Assembly: GCA_002104945.1 (NCBI GenBank)
Contig: MCFH01000066.1
Span: forward strand, 186,001-250,000
Length of the DNA stretch: 64,000 nt
Reading direction: 5' to 3'
Origin: Piromyces finnis finn
Lineage: Eukaryota > Fungi > Neocallimastigomycota
Shown piece after piece: positions 1 through 11,561 of this stretch. The notes beneath the pieces are model-generated. The model made no database searches. It had not been told where the DNA came from and saw only the letters and a list, made by a program, of their open reading frames with translations. Each line of letters begins with the position of its first letter. The first letter of the stretch is position 1. The position numbers were made by a program, and so were the translations under genes.

Positions 1-470
1 CTTTACAATAATAATCTTATATTTTCTTCAAAACTTTTTCTCTTGAGCACATAGATAAGTTTTTCGATATCTTTATCACTGATTGTATTTAGTCACGTGA
101 TATAATTTAGCATCACCTTATTTATATCTTTGATTGGATCATCCACCAAAGGGTCAGAGAATTTCTCTTCAGAATTTGAAAAATTTTCTGTATTATATAA
201 GTCACGTGTATCATCAACATAGACTTGCTCGTTTATGTTGTTGATATTGTGGGTTTGGTTATTATAAATTTTGGAGTTAGAAGGGGAAGATTGAGAACTT
301 CCCCCATTTAATTTAAATGGTTTTGGGAAAGGAGAGTAGCTATAAACTTATTCATACCAGACATTTCATTAGGGCAAAAACGAGCATCATGACCTCTCTG
401 ATTACAGCGGTGACAGACATGAATTTTCATCTGGGCAAAACTCTTGGTCAGAGCCTCTATATTGGATTGT
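1..470 (-). mobile_element. Degraded Ty3/gypsy-like gag C-terminus and gag-pol junction
   Basis: Manual minus-strand translation gives ...NIEALTKSFAQMKIHV-CHRCNQRGHDARFC-PNE...QNHLN*, a CX2CX4HX4C zinc knuckle ending at a T-TTA-AAT slippery-like site. A -1 frame then continues to the window edge with one TGA. Confidence 0.55.
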
Positions 471-1540
471 TGAAGATCTTGTTGAAGATCGGATTGTTGA
501 TGAGATTGTTGATTAGATTATTGATTAGATTATTGAATTGATTGTTGATGTTTATTAGAAACTAAAATTTTACGTTTGAGTGTGGAAAAAGTGTATTTGT
601 GATTCCTTCTACTACGAGCTGAAAAGGAAATTGAGGTAACTGAAAATTTCTTCTTTAACATGTGTAAGATTTTAATACAATCTTTCGATGAACCATGAAC
701 CTTGGCTAAGAAAAAGTGATCATTGAAAGTGTGAAAATATTTAACATTAATAACTGAATTAAATTTATCTTCCAGAATAACCTCGAGTTTTTCCCATAGC
801 ATATTAACTGACCATGATCGAATACCACGGATAAATAAGGAACTAATATCATCTAAAGGGATACCATAAGACCGGGTACCACGTCTGATATAATTTTTAT
901 CTTTAATATAAAGGACTGACATGATAATTAATTCTAATTAAAAAATATTAAATATAAAATAAATACTAATAAAATTATAATTATAACGCATATGGGAAAA
1001 AAAACTAGTTTTGGATTGTTGTTAGTAAATTCGATTCGCTTTTTGACACTAAAATTAATTGACTTTACTTTTCATTAAATATTTAAATTAGTAAAAAAAA
1101 AATTGAATCAAGAATGTCGACACAAGAAAGCTTATGAATAGTATTTTACATGATGTAGAGTGAATCAGTCTCTTACAAGAAACAATAAAACAATAGCTAC
1201 ATGAATATAAAAATATAATGCAAATGCTAAAGTAGACCACATTGGATTCTTACATGAGAAAAGTAGTACTACATGAATACATGAATACATGAATAAAAGA
1301 AAATACTACAGCAACAAAATGTATTACTCATCTAATTAAACATTATACAAACTTACCTGAATACTAAACATTCAACTTGTCCATCAAATACTTAAATTCG
1401 ATGGATAAATGCTTTTAATCGCTCAGTACCATGAGCTTAGTTCTTATATTTTTCCTTTAAAGACTAACCAAGCATCCATTGCGTAATGCTTGAATTTGAT
1501 TATACTCTCTCAGTACCATAAGCATGAGTAGAGCACCTTG
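470..1540 (-). mobile_element. LINE family B, 5' UTR and N-terminal part of ORF (3'-truncated)
   Basis: ORF 530..922 is near-identical to the start of ORF 37562..38314. Positions ~1000-1485 are the reverse complement of ~36887-37500. Confidence 0.9.
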
Positions 1541-4500
1541 TTTTTTTTTAGACTAGGAAGAGAATACACATCTTTTTTTATTTATTTAATATATGATTTT
1601 ACATAATATTAGGTGATAATACATATTGATATAATAAATAATAAATAAAAATAATAAAATATATATAAATAAAAATATAAATATAAAATAATATAAAATA
1701 ATTATTTAAGTTGCATAAAAGTTCAATGAACTCTGCAATGTACTGTGTGGGATTGGTCCCTACCTAATAAATTAAATGAAATAAAAAAAAGAAGTAACAT
1801 CAGGTATGATAGTGTGGTGTCCACTAAACTTTCCCATGAGTTCATAATGTTTTCATTCAAAGAAATACTAACATTGAACTCTGTGTACGGAACATTGAGA
1901 CTGTTCCTTTGCCATATCGTTACGACGTCGGCGCTCTTGATTACGTTAGGTGTCTTACTAAACCTATCAAAAAGTAGCTTCATAGAGCTACTAATGATAG
2001 GGATTGTTTTAGTAAGAAAAGCCGCGAGACCCTCTACATATGGAACATGAGACCCCGATGAACTGTAAAGCTGTTCATTCAAATGTCTTTGTTCCGCCTT
2101 ATCGATTTGTAGCTCATCATAAGCTAAAGTTCCACCAAGAAGGAACGTAAAAATATAGTTATAAATTATTTTTCTTACTTCCATTTCAGGGAGTAAGTAT
2201 GTGATGAATTGATTCTTATATTTATTGTAAAAAAGAGTAAAAATGACGTCAAGAAAGCTAAGTGAAGAAGCTCTGTATTCAGAGAATGCAGAACATTCTA
2301 ATATCCAATGGTAAAAAGATTATTCGTCATATCCGCAACATGGACAGACACGAGGACAATCAGGAGTGACTCTATTACTGGCAATAGCAATTCGGGTAGT
2401 GTTCTCATAACCGCATCAAATACGAATAATCCAGGTAATTCCTAAATTTAAGTGAGGTATGTTGAGACCGATATGCATTAGGCGATCTGAATTAAGGAAT
2501 TTGTTGTTAGTATATCTGAGGGCTTTACTTCCATTATTTAGGCTACTATTATTCCAATAATGTTCTCTAATATCTTTAGTACTTTTAATATATATTTTCA
2601 TAAGCTTCTTATGTAGGGAACAAGATTCTTTGGCCCAAGAGTAATGAGATATGGGAGGAATAGATTGGACGAGATCTTTAATAATACGATTTGATTTTCT
2701 CCATTTAACAAAGCATTTCACTTGTTGCACAGTAGAAATACCTGAAAGGGTAGGGATCTTCATATCTCTTGTAAGAGCATACAGACTAATAAATGAATTT
2801 CGTTCAAAAACAAAATCTTTGTTATTAAAACTTTTATTGTGAAAGCTATTGACACTCCATAAAACAGCAGTATTGATAAGAGATTGGACTCTTCTAGTTC
2901 TATTTTTGTTGGAACCAAGCAAAGGAGCATAATAAGAGACTTTGCTTAAAATATAGGAATGAATTACTATATTTTTAAGCCAATAGAAACATAATTGTTA
3001 GTGAGGAAGTTCTTAAAAGAGAATAAAGATTTCTGAACTTTTTTGTACATGTTAGACAGAATAGGAGTCAGAGAGAGATCTTTGTCGAATGGGATTCCAA
3101 GATAAGTATAGCAAGAAACCTTTGGAATCGAGTAAATACCTATGCAAAATGTTGGGTCGACATAACTAGGGGATCTATTAAAGTTGATAGGTTTAACAAC
3201 AATAGTTGCACATTTATTTATTCCAAAAGACATTTCATTTAAATTAGCCCAATCAAGGACTAGATTGAGCATCTTTTGAAGATTCTTCTTACTAGGAGCA
3301 ATCAAAACAATGTCATCAGCGAAAAGGCCACCACAGCAACGTTTATTTCCTAAGCTGACTCCAAGCCTTTCACATTTATTTAAAATATCATTGATGAAGA
3401 GATTAAATAGAATAGGAGAAAGAGGACATCCTTGTCTTACACCACGGTTTATAGGGAATTCATTGGAAAGCATATCCAAGAAACGTGCACGAGCTTTAGA
3501 GGTAGAGTAGAGATTATTGAGAAAATCAAAACATTTACCACGTATACCTAATTTATATAACTTTGTAAGGATATTAAAAATAGGAACTGAGTCGTATACT
3601 TTTTTAAGGTCTAGAAAAGCAACACAAGTGGCTTTTCCTTTAAATTTTCTTCTTTGACAGATTTCTCTAATGGAAATAAATAAGTTAATGCATTCTTCTT
3701 TATTGCGAAAACCAAATTGCTCAGGTCTTATAATGTTATGAGAAAGAGCATACTTTGAAATTCTATCAGTTACAATTTTTGAAATGATTTTAAGACCTAC
3801 AATGATGAGAGAAATACCACGATAATTATTACAATCTGAAGGATCGCCTTTCTTTGGAATAAAAACAATGGAAGCAGAGTTCCATTTCAAAGGAAAGGAA
3901 CCATTCCAGATTTTGTTAAAAATTAATTTAAGACAATTTCCAGCAGACTTATGTTCTTTTTTTCCAGTTCTTCGCTACAAAAGAAAGCTTTGAAGAATTC
4001 AATTGGGATATCATCGGGACCTGGAGCCTTATTATTCTTCATTGACAGAACAGTATTTCTAATTTCCTCAATAGAAATGAGATCATTAATATCCCATGCT
4101 ATTTGATTGATATGATTGAATTGGATGGCTCTTTCCCGGTAACCACGATTTAAGCTGTAATTTGTAACATCAGATGCAAGATTTTCATAATGTTCAGCCC
4201 AACGTTTTAATTGTTCTTGAGGAGTAAATAAATCCTTACCATTCTTGTCCTTAATAGTTGAAACATGGGAGGACGAATAACTTGGTTTGGCAAGTTTTTT
4301 AAGGCCTTTCCAACCTTGTCTAAAGCTTTTATCAATAAAATGTTTACCGATAGAAACAATATTAGCTTTATAGAGATTGGATCTGAATTTACTCTTAACC
4401 TTTTTGATGGTATTACATAGATTTTGGTATATGGAGAACTGGTTAAGATAATTATTCATGTCAGCACAATCTGAAATGGTTTTAATATTTTTGTAAGCCA

Positions 4501-5291
4501 GGTGTTTTTCATGTGATAAGTTTTTGATGTATTGAGGGCAATGGAATGCTAGACCTTTTAAATCTGCAGGCACAATGGCTTTTATTTCTTTACCTATAGT
4601 TTTGGAGGTATTTAAAAATTTGGAAACCATATCGTCAGCCGATAGGCTATCGCAATTTGCTTCAAGCTCAGAAGCTAGAACAGCAAAGCGATTACTAGTA
4701 AGAATGTCAGAACACTTTGTATTACAGATATGACTTGACCATTTAAAGGTCTTATTAGGCTTTTTGAAACCATCAGAAGAGTCTTTTTTACAAGATACAA
4801 GGATCGGTTTGTGATCAGAAACATCGTGAAAAACTTCGCAAACTGAAGATTTGTTTATGTGTTCTGTCATAGCTTTGTTGTATATAATATGGTCAATGCA
4901 TGAATATTTAGATCCTTTTTTCCAGGTAAAATTATTATCAGTTAACTCAGCCATAGTCCAATCCGGGAAGTGTTGTGAAATATAAGATTTGATTTTAATA
5001 GCTGACATATTGAAGTCTCCTACAAGGATAGCTGGGTGGTTGAATTTGTTATGCGTTGTTAACCACTTATCAAGTTCATCAAAGGCAATTAATCTAGCAT
5101 CTGGCCATCTAGTTTGCGGAAAGTAAATATTACCTATGGTACATCTCTGGTTCCAAAATGACAGTATTGTAACTGAAATAATGTACTTATATAGAAGAGG
5201 TTCAGGAGTAAATGAACAAGAGTTATGAACACCAATGTAAAGTCCTCTCACACCTGGAACTTTAGGATTAGCACGTCTATGTACTGGTTTA
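1541..5291 (-). mobile_element. LINE family A, 5'-truncated copy with poly(A) tail
   Basis: ORFs 3923..5251 (endonuclease, LVGDFN/SDH), 2967..3890 (RT, QGCPLSP/FADD), 2416..2922 and 1723..2184 match 32541..36656. Oligo(T) at 1541-1549 is the tail. Frameshifts split the ORF. Confidence 0.95.
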
Positions 5292-7758
5292 AATAATACT
5301 TAAAAAGAAATTTTCTTTTATTTTTTATTTTTTATTTTTTATTTTTTATTTTTATTTTTTTTTTTTTTTGATAATATTATTTAAAATTTATTATATAGAA
5401 AAAACATAGGTTAAAAAATAATTTTAAACTATTTTTAATAAAAAGCTAATTTTTTTTGTAAATAAAATTTAAAATAGTTGATTTTATTGTTTATAATAGA
5501 TCTTTTTAAAATTGAAGTCAATTTTATATATATTAGATTTTAAAAATATATAATAAATAGTATTAAATAAAAAAAATGATTATGATTATATATCTGTATT
5601 GATCATAATTATTATTGATTTTGTTAATTCCAGCAACTACCAAATTTACTCTTACATTTAAGATCAAGACTACAATAATCTTTAATAGTTCTACAGTAAC
5701 CCATGACACTGCAACATTGACCTTCAGGACAATTAAATTTTACTTCTTCTCCATTTTCATTTGGAAGCTTACCACATCTATAGGTACATTTTCCGTACTT
5801 ACTTTGACATCCAAGATTGGATAACAATAGCTTTTAGTAGTTCCACAGTAACCCTTGGCACTGCAACATTGACCTTTAGGACATTTACCAATACCTTCAC
5901 CACATCTAGGTTCACATCTATTTTTATGGAGAGTATTGACACATGTTCTTTATGTATTAAAAATTGTAATAGATATATAATGAATATATATAATTGTATT
6001 CAAGTTTTATATTTATATATTGTAATTAAAATAATAATTAGTTTCGAAAATATTTAATTTTATGTAATTTATAAAATTTAACGCTATTCTATTAAATTAT
6101 TATATATCTTTTTTTATATTAACTTACATTTTATTTTCATTCATATTTTCACAATTAATGCAATTATTGGATATATCACTAATTAAAATTTTTTTTTATT
6201 TTCAAATATATAATTTTTATAAATTAGTTTATAATGAAATATTAATGATTTTATATTACCATTTTAAAAATAGTTTAATATTTAATTTTATTATTATAAT
6301 TCATTTTGATATCATTTCTATTTACAATTTAGTCAAATGAGTTAAACTTTTAATGTCAGGGATAGACCCATTTAAATTGTTGTTTGATAAATCTCTACAT
6401 TATATAATTTAATTTTTTAAATATAATATAATAATATTATATATTATTATAAAAAATTAGTTATATATATTTCTGTTAAAATAATTAGTATTTAAAAATA
6501 TTCTTTTCATACAAAATTTGTAATTCAGATAATTGTCCAATGTCTGAAGGAATGATTCCAGTTAAACCTTGGCCATGTAAATCTCTATTTAATAATTTAT
6601 TTTTATTTTATAATTATTATTAAACATTATATTGATGTATATAAAAATTCAATATTATATTTCTATAATCAAAATATATTTCACATTAATGTTATTGAAA
6701 TACTTTACATTTTTGTAATATGATATATATTTTCATTTCCATCTACTGAACATTTAATACCTTTAATTTCACAACAATTAATTTCTTCATCATTATCTGT
6801 GACTACTTGTTTCCATAAACTTTCGATATAATTGCATTCTTTAAAAAATTCCTTACATTTATCATTACTCTGATATTTACATTCACTATTAATTGTGTAC
6901 AATTATTAAAATTATTAATAATTTATATATTAAATTATAATTAATAGAATTCTAAAAGTTTATATTTTTCTTACATTTTATCGCAATTAAGACAATTATA
7001 AAATATATATTTACTAGTTTTATTTAATATTGAAATATATAAAATATTATTTAAATAAATTTTATTATATTTAAAATAGTTTTTTAAAATAAAGATAATT
7101 TAACGAAAAATAAATCCGCAAATATTTTTTATTTTAAAAAGTTTAATATATAATTTTTTAAAATAATTAAAAATTTTTTATTACCTCGCTTTTAGACTTT
7201 GAACAGATTCAGGAATATCACTAATTAAATAATTACTCCCTAAATTCCTATTTTAATTTTATTTAATAAATAAATAATTTAATTATTACTTTTATTTTAA
7301 ATTTTAATTATTTTTAAATATTTTATTTAATTATTTTTAATATTTAAAGTTCTTCTAATTGAGATAAATTTCCAATTTCAGAAGGAATGGTTCCAGTTAA
7401 TCCTCTACCACTTAAATATCTATTTTAATTTTTATTTTAAAATAAAATTAATTTAAATATTATATTATATTATATTATATTATATTATATTATATTATAT
7501 TATATTATATTATATTATATTATATTATATTATATTATATTTGTTAGAATATGTGAAACGTTATGTCACATGTATTGAAATGTATTGAAATGTATTAAAA
7601 CGTATTTGTATATATTGTGTTTGATTATATGTTTAAGCCACAATGTAAATGTATAAATACATGTAGTTTGAGAAGAATGTAACGCAAGTAGTTCTTTATC
7701 ATAAAATATATTAATAAAGTTGACATAATTATAAACCTAAATTAAACAACTCTTAATA

Positions 7759-7772
7759 GATTAAGAGTCTCA
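7759..7772 (+). promoter_or_regulatory. Primer-binding site complementary to the anticodon arm of tRNA-Lys(CUU)
   Basis: GATTAAGAGTCTCA directly follows the 5' LTR. Its reverse complement TGAGACTCTTAATC contains the GACTCTTAATC anticodon-arm core conserved in eukaryotic tRNA-Lys(CUU). Confidence 0.75.
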
Positions 7773-8439
7773 ATGACTCTCAAGAGAGAATTTCAATGAC
7801 TCTCATTGACTCTCAGATGATTCTCTGAAAGATGAATCAAATAGCCGAACATGATATTATGTCATAAGAGAAAACTATTGAAAATTCTAATTCCTACAAT
7901 ATAATTTTTATAATTGAAAATTATGAAATTTTAGAGATCTAAAACTTTGAAATCTTGAAATTTCAAAACTAAGTCACAAAACTGTCTAATTATTCTGACT
8001 ATACAGTGAAAGAAAACTCCGCCCAAGAAACATGGAATATTGATAGCATTATATTTTAGACATAAATTAATTTATACTCAAAATAATTTAGATTTAGATC
8101 TTAAATTTAAAAAATAAACAAAAATTTAAATTTAAAAATTAAAATTTATAATTTAAATTTAAGAACAATTGAAATTCAGAAATTTAAGTTGAAATTTAAA
8201 ATTTAAAATAAATAAATTTATCCATTTTTAAAAGTAATTTAAATTTTAAACTAAACAATATGTTTATATTAGAAATAATAGAATTTCATTCTCAGTTTAC
8301 CTTATTCACCACAAACAGTATAAATTAGCTAATAAATTCCAAAATGTATTTTGTATAATTGTTTACAAATTGAATAATATAATTACAAATAACCATATCT
8401 CAATTTTATAATCAATCATAAATTTTAATTTTCTTCAAA

Positions 8440-9030
8440 ATGTCTTGGGCCAATGAAATTGTTAAAGAAGCATGGTATTGTTATAGACCATTTAATATAC
8501 AAGATCCTGATAGGGCTGCAGTATATCAGAAAGCCAATTCTATTTTAGCTGATATAGGTATACAACATTATGGAGTTCGCGTTCACACTAATAAAGGCAA
8601 TTACTGGCTAATTCACAATGCTAAGAGTCCTAAAACTTCAGAATATGGAATTTATGTTACTGATGCTGAGATGTCGAAAAATTGGAGTTATGAAAAGATC
8701 GAAGTCGCAAGAAAAGATGTTACTATATCCGAATGCCAAATAGTTATGGGTTGGACAGGTGGTCATAAAAAGGAAGACTGGTATAAGTCTGGTACCTGCT
8801 TATTTGCAGCAAGAACACTAAAAGAATATTTAAGTGATCCAAATTACAACTACCAATCCGGTTTCAACGCCATTATGACAAAACTTATAGGACGTATGGG
8901 TGAACCATCAGAACCATCAGCATATGATAAAAGATTAGATGAAATACTCAAAGATAAAAGTTTGGACGATAATGTAAAATTTGATATGGCATTTGATCTT
9001 CTTTTATCTACCTACGATAATGGAATATAA
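8440..9030 (+). CDS. Cargo ORF inside the LTR element; putative permuted papain-fold (NlpC/P60, LRAT/PPPDE-like) hydrolase
   Basis: Intact intronless 196-aa ORF with His...His...Cys order: QHYGVRV, WLIHN, SGTC. No gag, integrase or RT motifs. Confidence 0.55.
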   Translation: MSWANEIVKEAWYCYRPFNIQDPDRAAVYQKANSILADIGIQHYGVRVHTNKGNYWLIHNAKSPKTSEYGIYVTDAEMSKNWSYEKIEVARKDVTISECQIVMGWTGGHKKEDWYKSGTCLFAARTLKEYLSDPNYNYQSGFNAIMTKLIGRMGEPSEPSAYDKRLDEILKDKSLDDNVKFDMAFDLLLSTYDNGI

Positions 9031-10949
9031 TACTTGAAACAATAAGATAAAGTATTACAATATAAAAGAGCTACTCATTATGTCAATTTTCACACAATAC
9101 CATTAAATATCCATATATTCAATTATGAAAATGTTTATTCACAAATATTCATTAATACAAAATTTCATACATCTACCAATATTCCATTTTATTTTTTCAA
9201 AATAACCAAATTTTATTAAAATTATTGATAAAGCATTATTGCTAATGAAAACATACATATTTATTTCAAGAAAATAAATTGTTTGTGAAAATTTTCGAAT
9301 ATTTTAGCTACTACTATTTTAATGAGAAAATATCCTTTCCGCCATAGGGGAAAGAATGAAAGAAAGAAGATACATATAATTTATACAATTAGATAATAAT
9401 AACTAGAATAATTAGCCGTTATTTGATAAGTTTATATAAAATATCCTATTGCAATGAAATTATGCAATAAATATTGAAACTATCCTTGTGAAAATGTCAA
9501 ACAACCTCTTTATGATAATATCACTCAAATTAGCATATAAACAATTTAATCCAGTATACAACTCTATGAATTGATTTACTATAACAACACATTAAGATAA
9601 TATATTTAGCCTCAAAAGCATTATTAAAGTTATTGCTAACGTACAAAGCACATATATTTCTGGTCAAATGCTCATCCCGTAGGCAGTTATTAATTATTGC
9701 TAAACAAAGCATATATTTTAAATGAGGTAATTTATTAATGTTAGAAATGCTTAGCGTGAAATGAGCATATTCTACATATATATATACTTTGAATAACCTA
9801 GCGTGAAATGGGTATATTCAATAATATTTTAATTACTTATCATGATTTAACTTAGCGTGAAATGAGTTATATTCATAGATAATTATTAATGATGGTTTTA
9901 GACCTATATATATTTAATTTGGTCCCATCAATAACAATGTAGCACCTTCATAGTAAGGGCTCCTTAGATTTAGATGACATTGATTCATCATATTTATTTA
10001 TTACCAACATTCAAGAATGTTGTGACGCCGTTTTAAAATATAATTTACGGTGATTTAGTAACCTCATATATAAATCGCCACTTTCAACGTAGTGAGTGAT
10101 CGCCGACCAATTAGCTGACATTCTAATTAACCGAGCCGACTTCGATATAATTTAGAAGAACTTTATTCTCTTCAATAATCGATATTTTAAATGTCATTAT
10201 CTTACAATATTAACTTGTTATAATTTTACTGGTATATCTACTTATTTTAATTTGAAGTAAAGAAATACATAATTGAGGAATATTTTATTCATTAGTTTGA
10301 TATTCTATGATTATCACTACATTAAAATATATTATCATAAAAATATTATTTCACTATATTTTAAAGGATAGGCAATTGAGAAAAATGAATGAAAACATTA
10401 GAATATGTTATTTATTATTTATATAGGTATTAATACTTATCGTATTTGTTATGGAAAATTATTCATTATTATGAAAATTTGATGCAAAATGAATGAAATT
10501 TTATGAAATTTAAATTTCTCTTTTTCAAATCTAAGTATTTATTACTAAACATCTAGATTTGAGGGGGAAGTAGTGAATATACGAAATTTAAAATTCAAGA
10601 TAATAATTTTTGTTTCTAGTTAAACATTGGAAATAACTAAAACATTGCATAGAAACTAAGGCTTAATAAATAGAATGAATTGAAATTCAAATTGTAAAAA
10701 TTTATAAGATTCAATATGTAAAAATGAAAAGAACAAAATTTCAAATACAAAGTAAAATATTCTTAAATATTATAAGAATAATTAATCAATACAAAAGGCA
10801 TAAAAGGAAGGAAAAACACCTAAAAGAAAATGTTAAAATTCAATATACATATACTAAATAACTATTAAGGATTTAATTAAAATTTTACCATTATTAATTA
10901 GTATTTACAAATAGATTGAAATACAATTATGCTAATATTCTAAAGAAAA

Positions 10950-11260
10950 TTGTAATTATAAGGACATAAAACCAGAGAGTTATCCATAGGTTGTCCGAAG
11001 AACATAAAACCAGAGAGTTATCCATAGGTTGTTAAGAGAACGTAAAACCAAAAAGAGTTATCCATATGTGTTGTCATAAGGACGTAAAATCAAAGGTTAA
11101 CCATGAGTTGTTAAGAAAACGTAAAACCAAAGAGGTAAACCATGCGTTGTCATAAGGACGTAAAATCAAAGAGATAAACCATGTGTTGTCTATAATTCTG
11201 TGTAAATCTCAGAGAGATTACCAATATAGTTTATAGGATAATGTAAAACCGGAAGGGTTT
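10950..11260. repeat. Minisatellite of ~37-42-bp units inside the LTR element
   Basis: Six clear units start TTGT at ~10950, 10991, 11029, 11071, 11108 and 11147 (consensus ttgt..aag.ac(a/g)taaaa.ca.agag.ta.ccat), followed by two degenerate units. Confidence 0.9.
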
Positions 11261-11552
11261 TCAATCCTTAATGGATGGTATAACAATTTATGAATATCCA
11301 ATCCAAATTTTAAACTTTAATACTACCCAATTATACAAAGGTTTTCAGTTTATCCATAAAAACGAAGTTATAGGGTAATATTTAAATTCTTTAAATTAAT
11401 TAGCGAATAGTATATGTAAAATATTTTAAATTCCAGTTAATGAAATATAAAAATTTTAAACATTAGATTTAGTTTATAGTTAATAGTTTAGAAATAATAA
11501 AATGCACATATTCACCAGCAAACCAAATTTTACTTAGTAGAAAATTAGGTTT

Positions 11553-11561
11553 GAGGGGGAA
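11553..11561 (+). promoter_or_regulatory. Polypurine tract
   Basis: GAGGGGGAA directly abuts the TG of the 3' LTR. Confidence 0.85.

Noticed and set aside
9330-9356. CCTTTCCGCCATAGGGGAAAG resembles part of vertebrate RNase MRP RNA
   Set aside because: Isolated short hairpin with none of the other MRP elements nearby; probably coincidence.
9750-9874. CRISPR-like repeat-spacer pattern
   Set aside because: Only three imperfect repeats, unequal AT-rich spacers, no cas genes and a eukaryotic retroelement context. Kept as a motif cluster instead.
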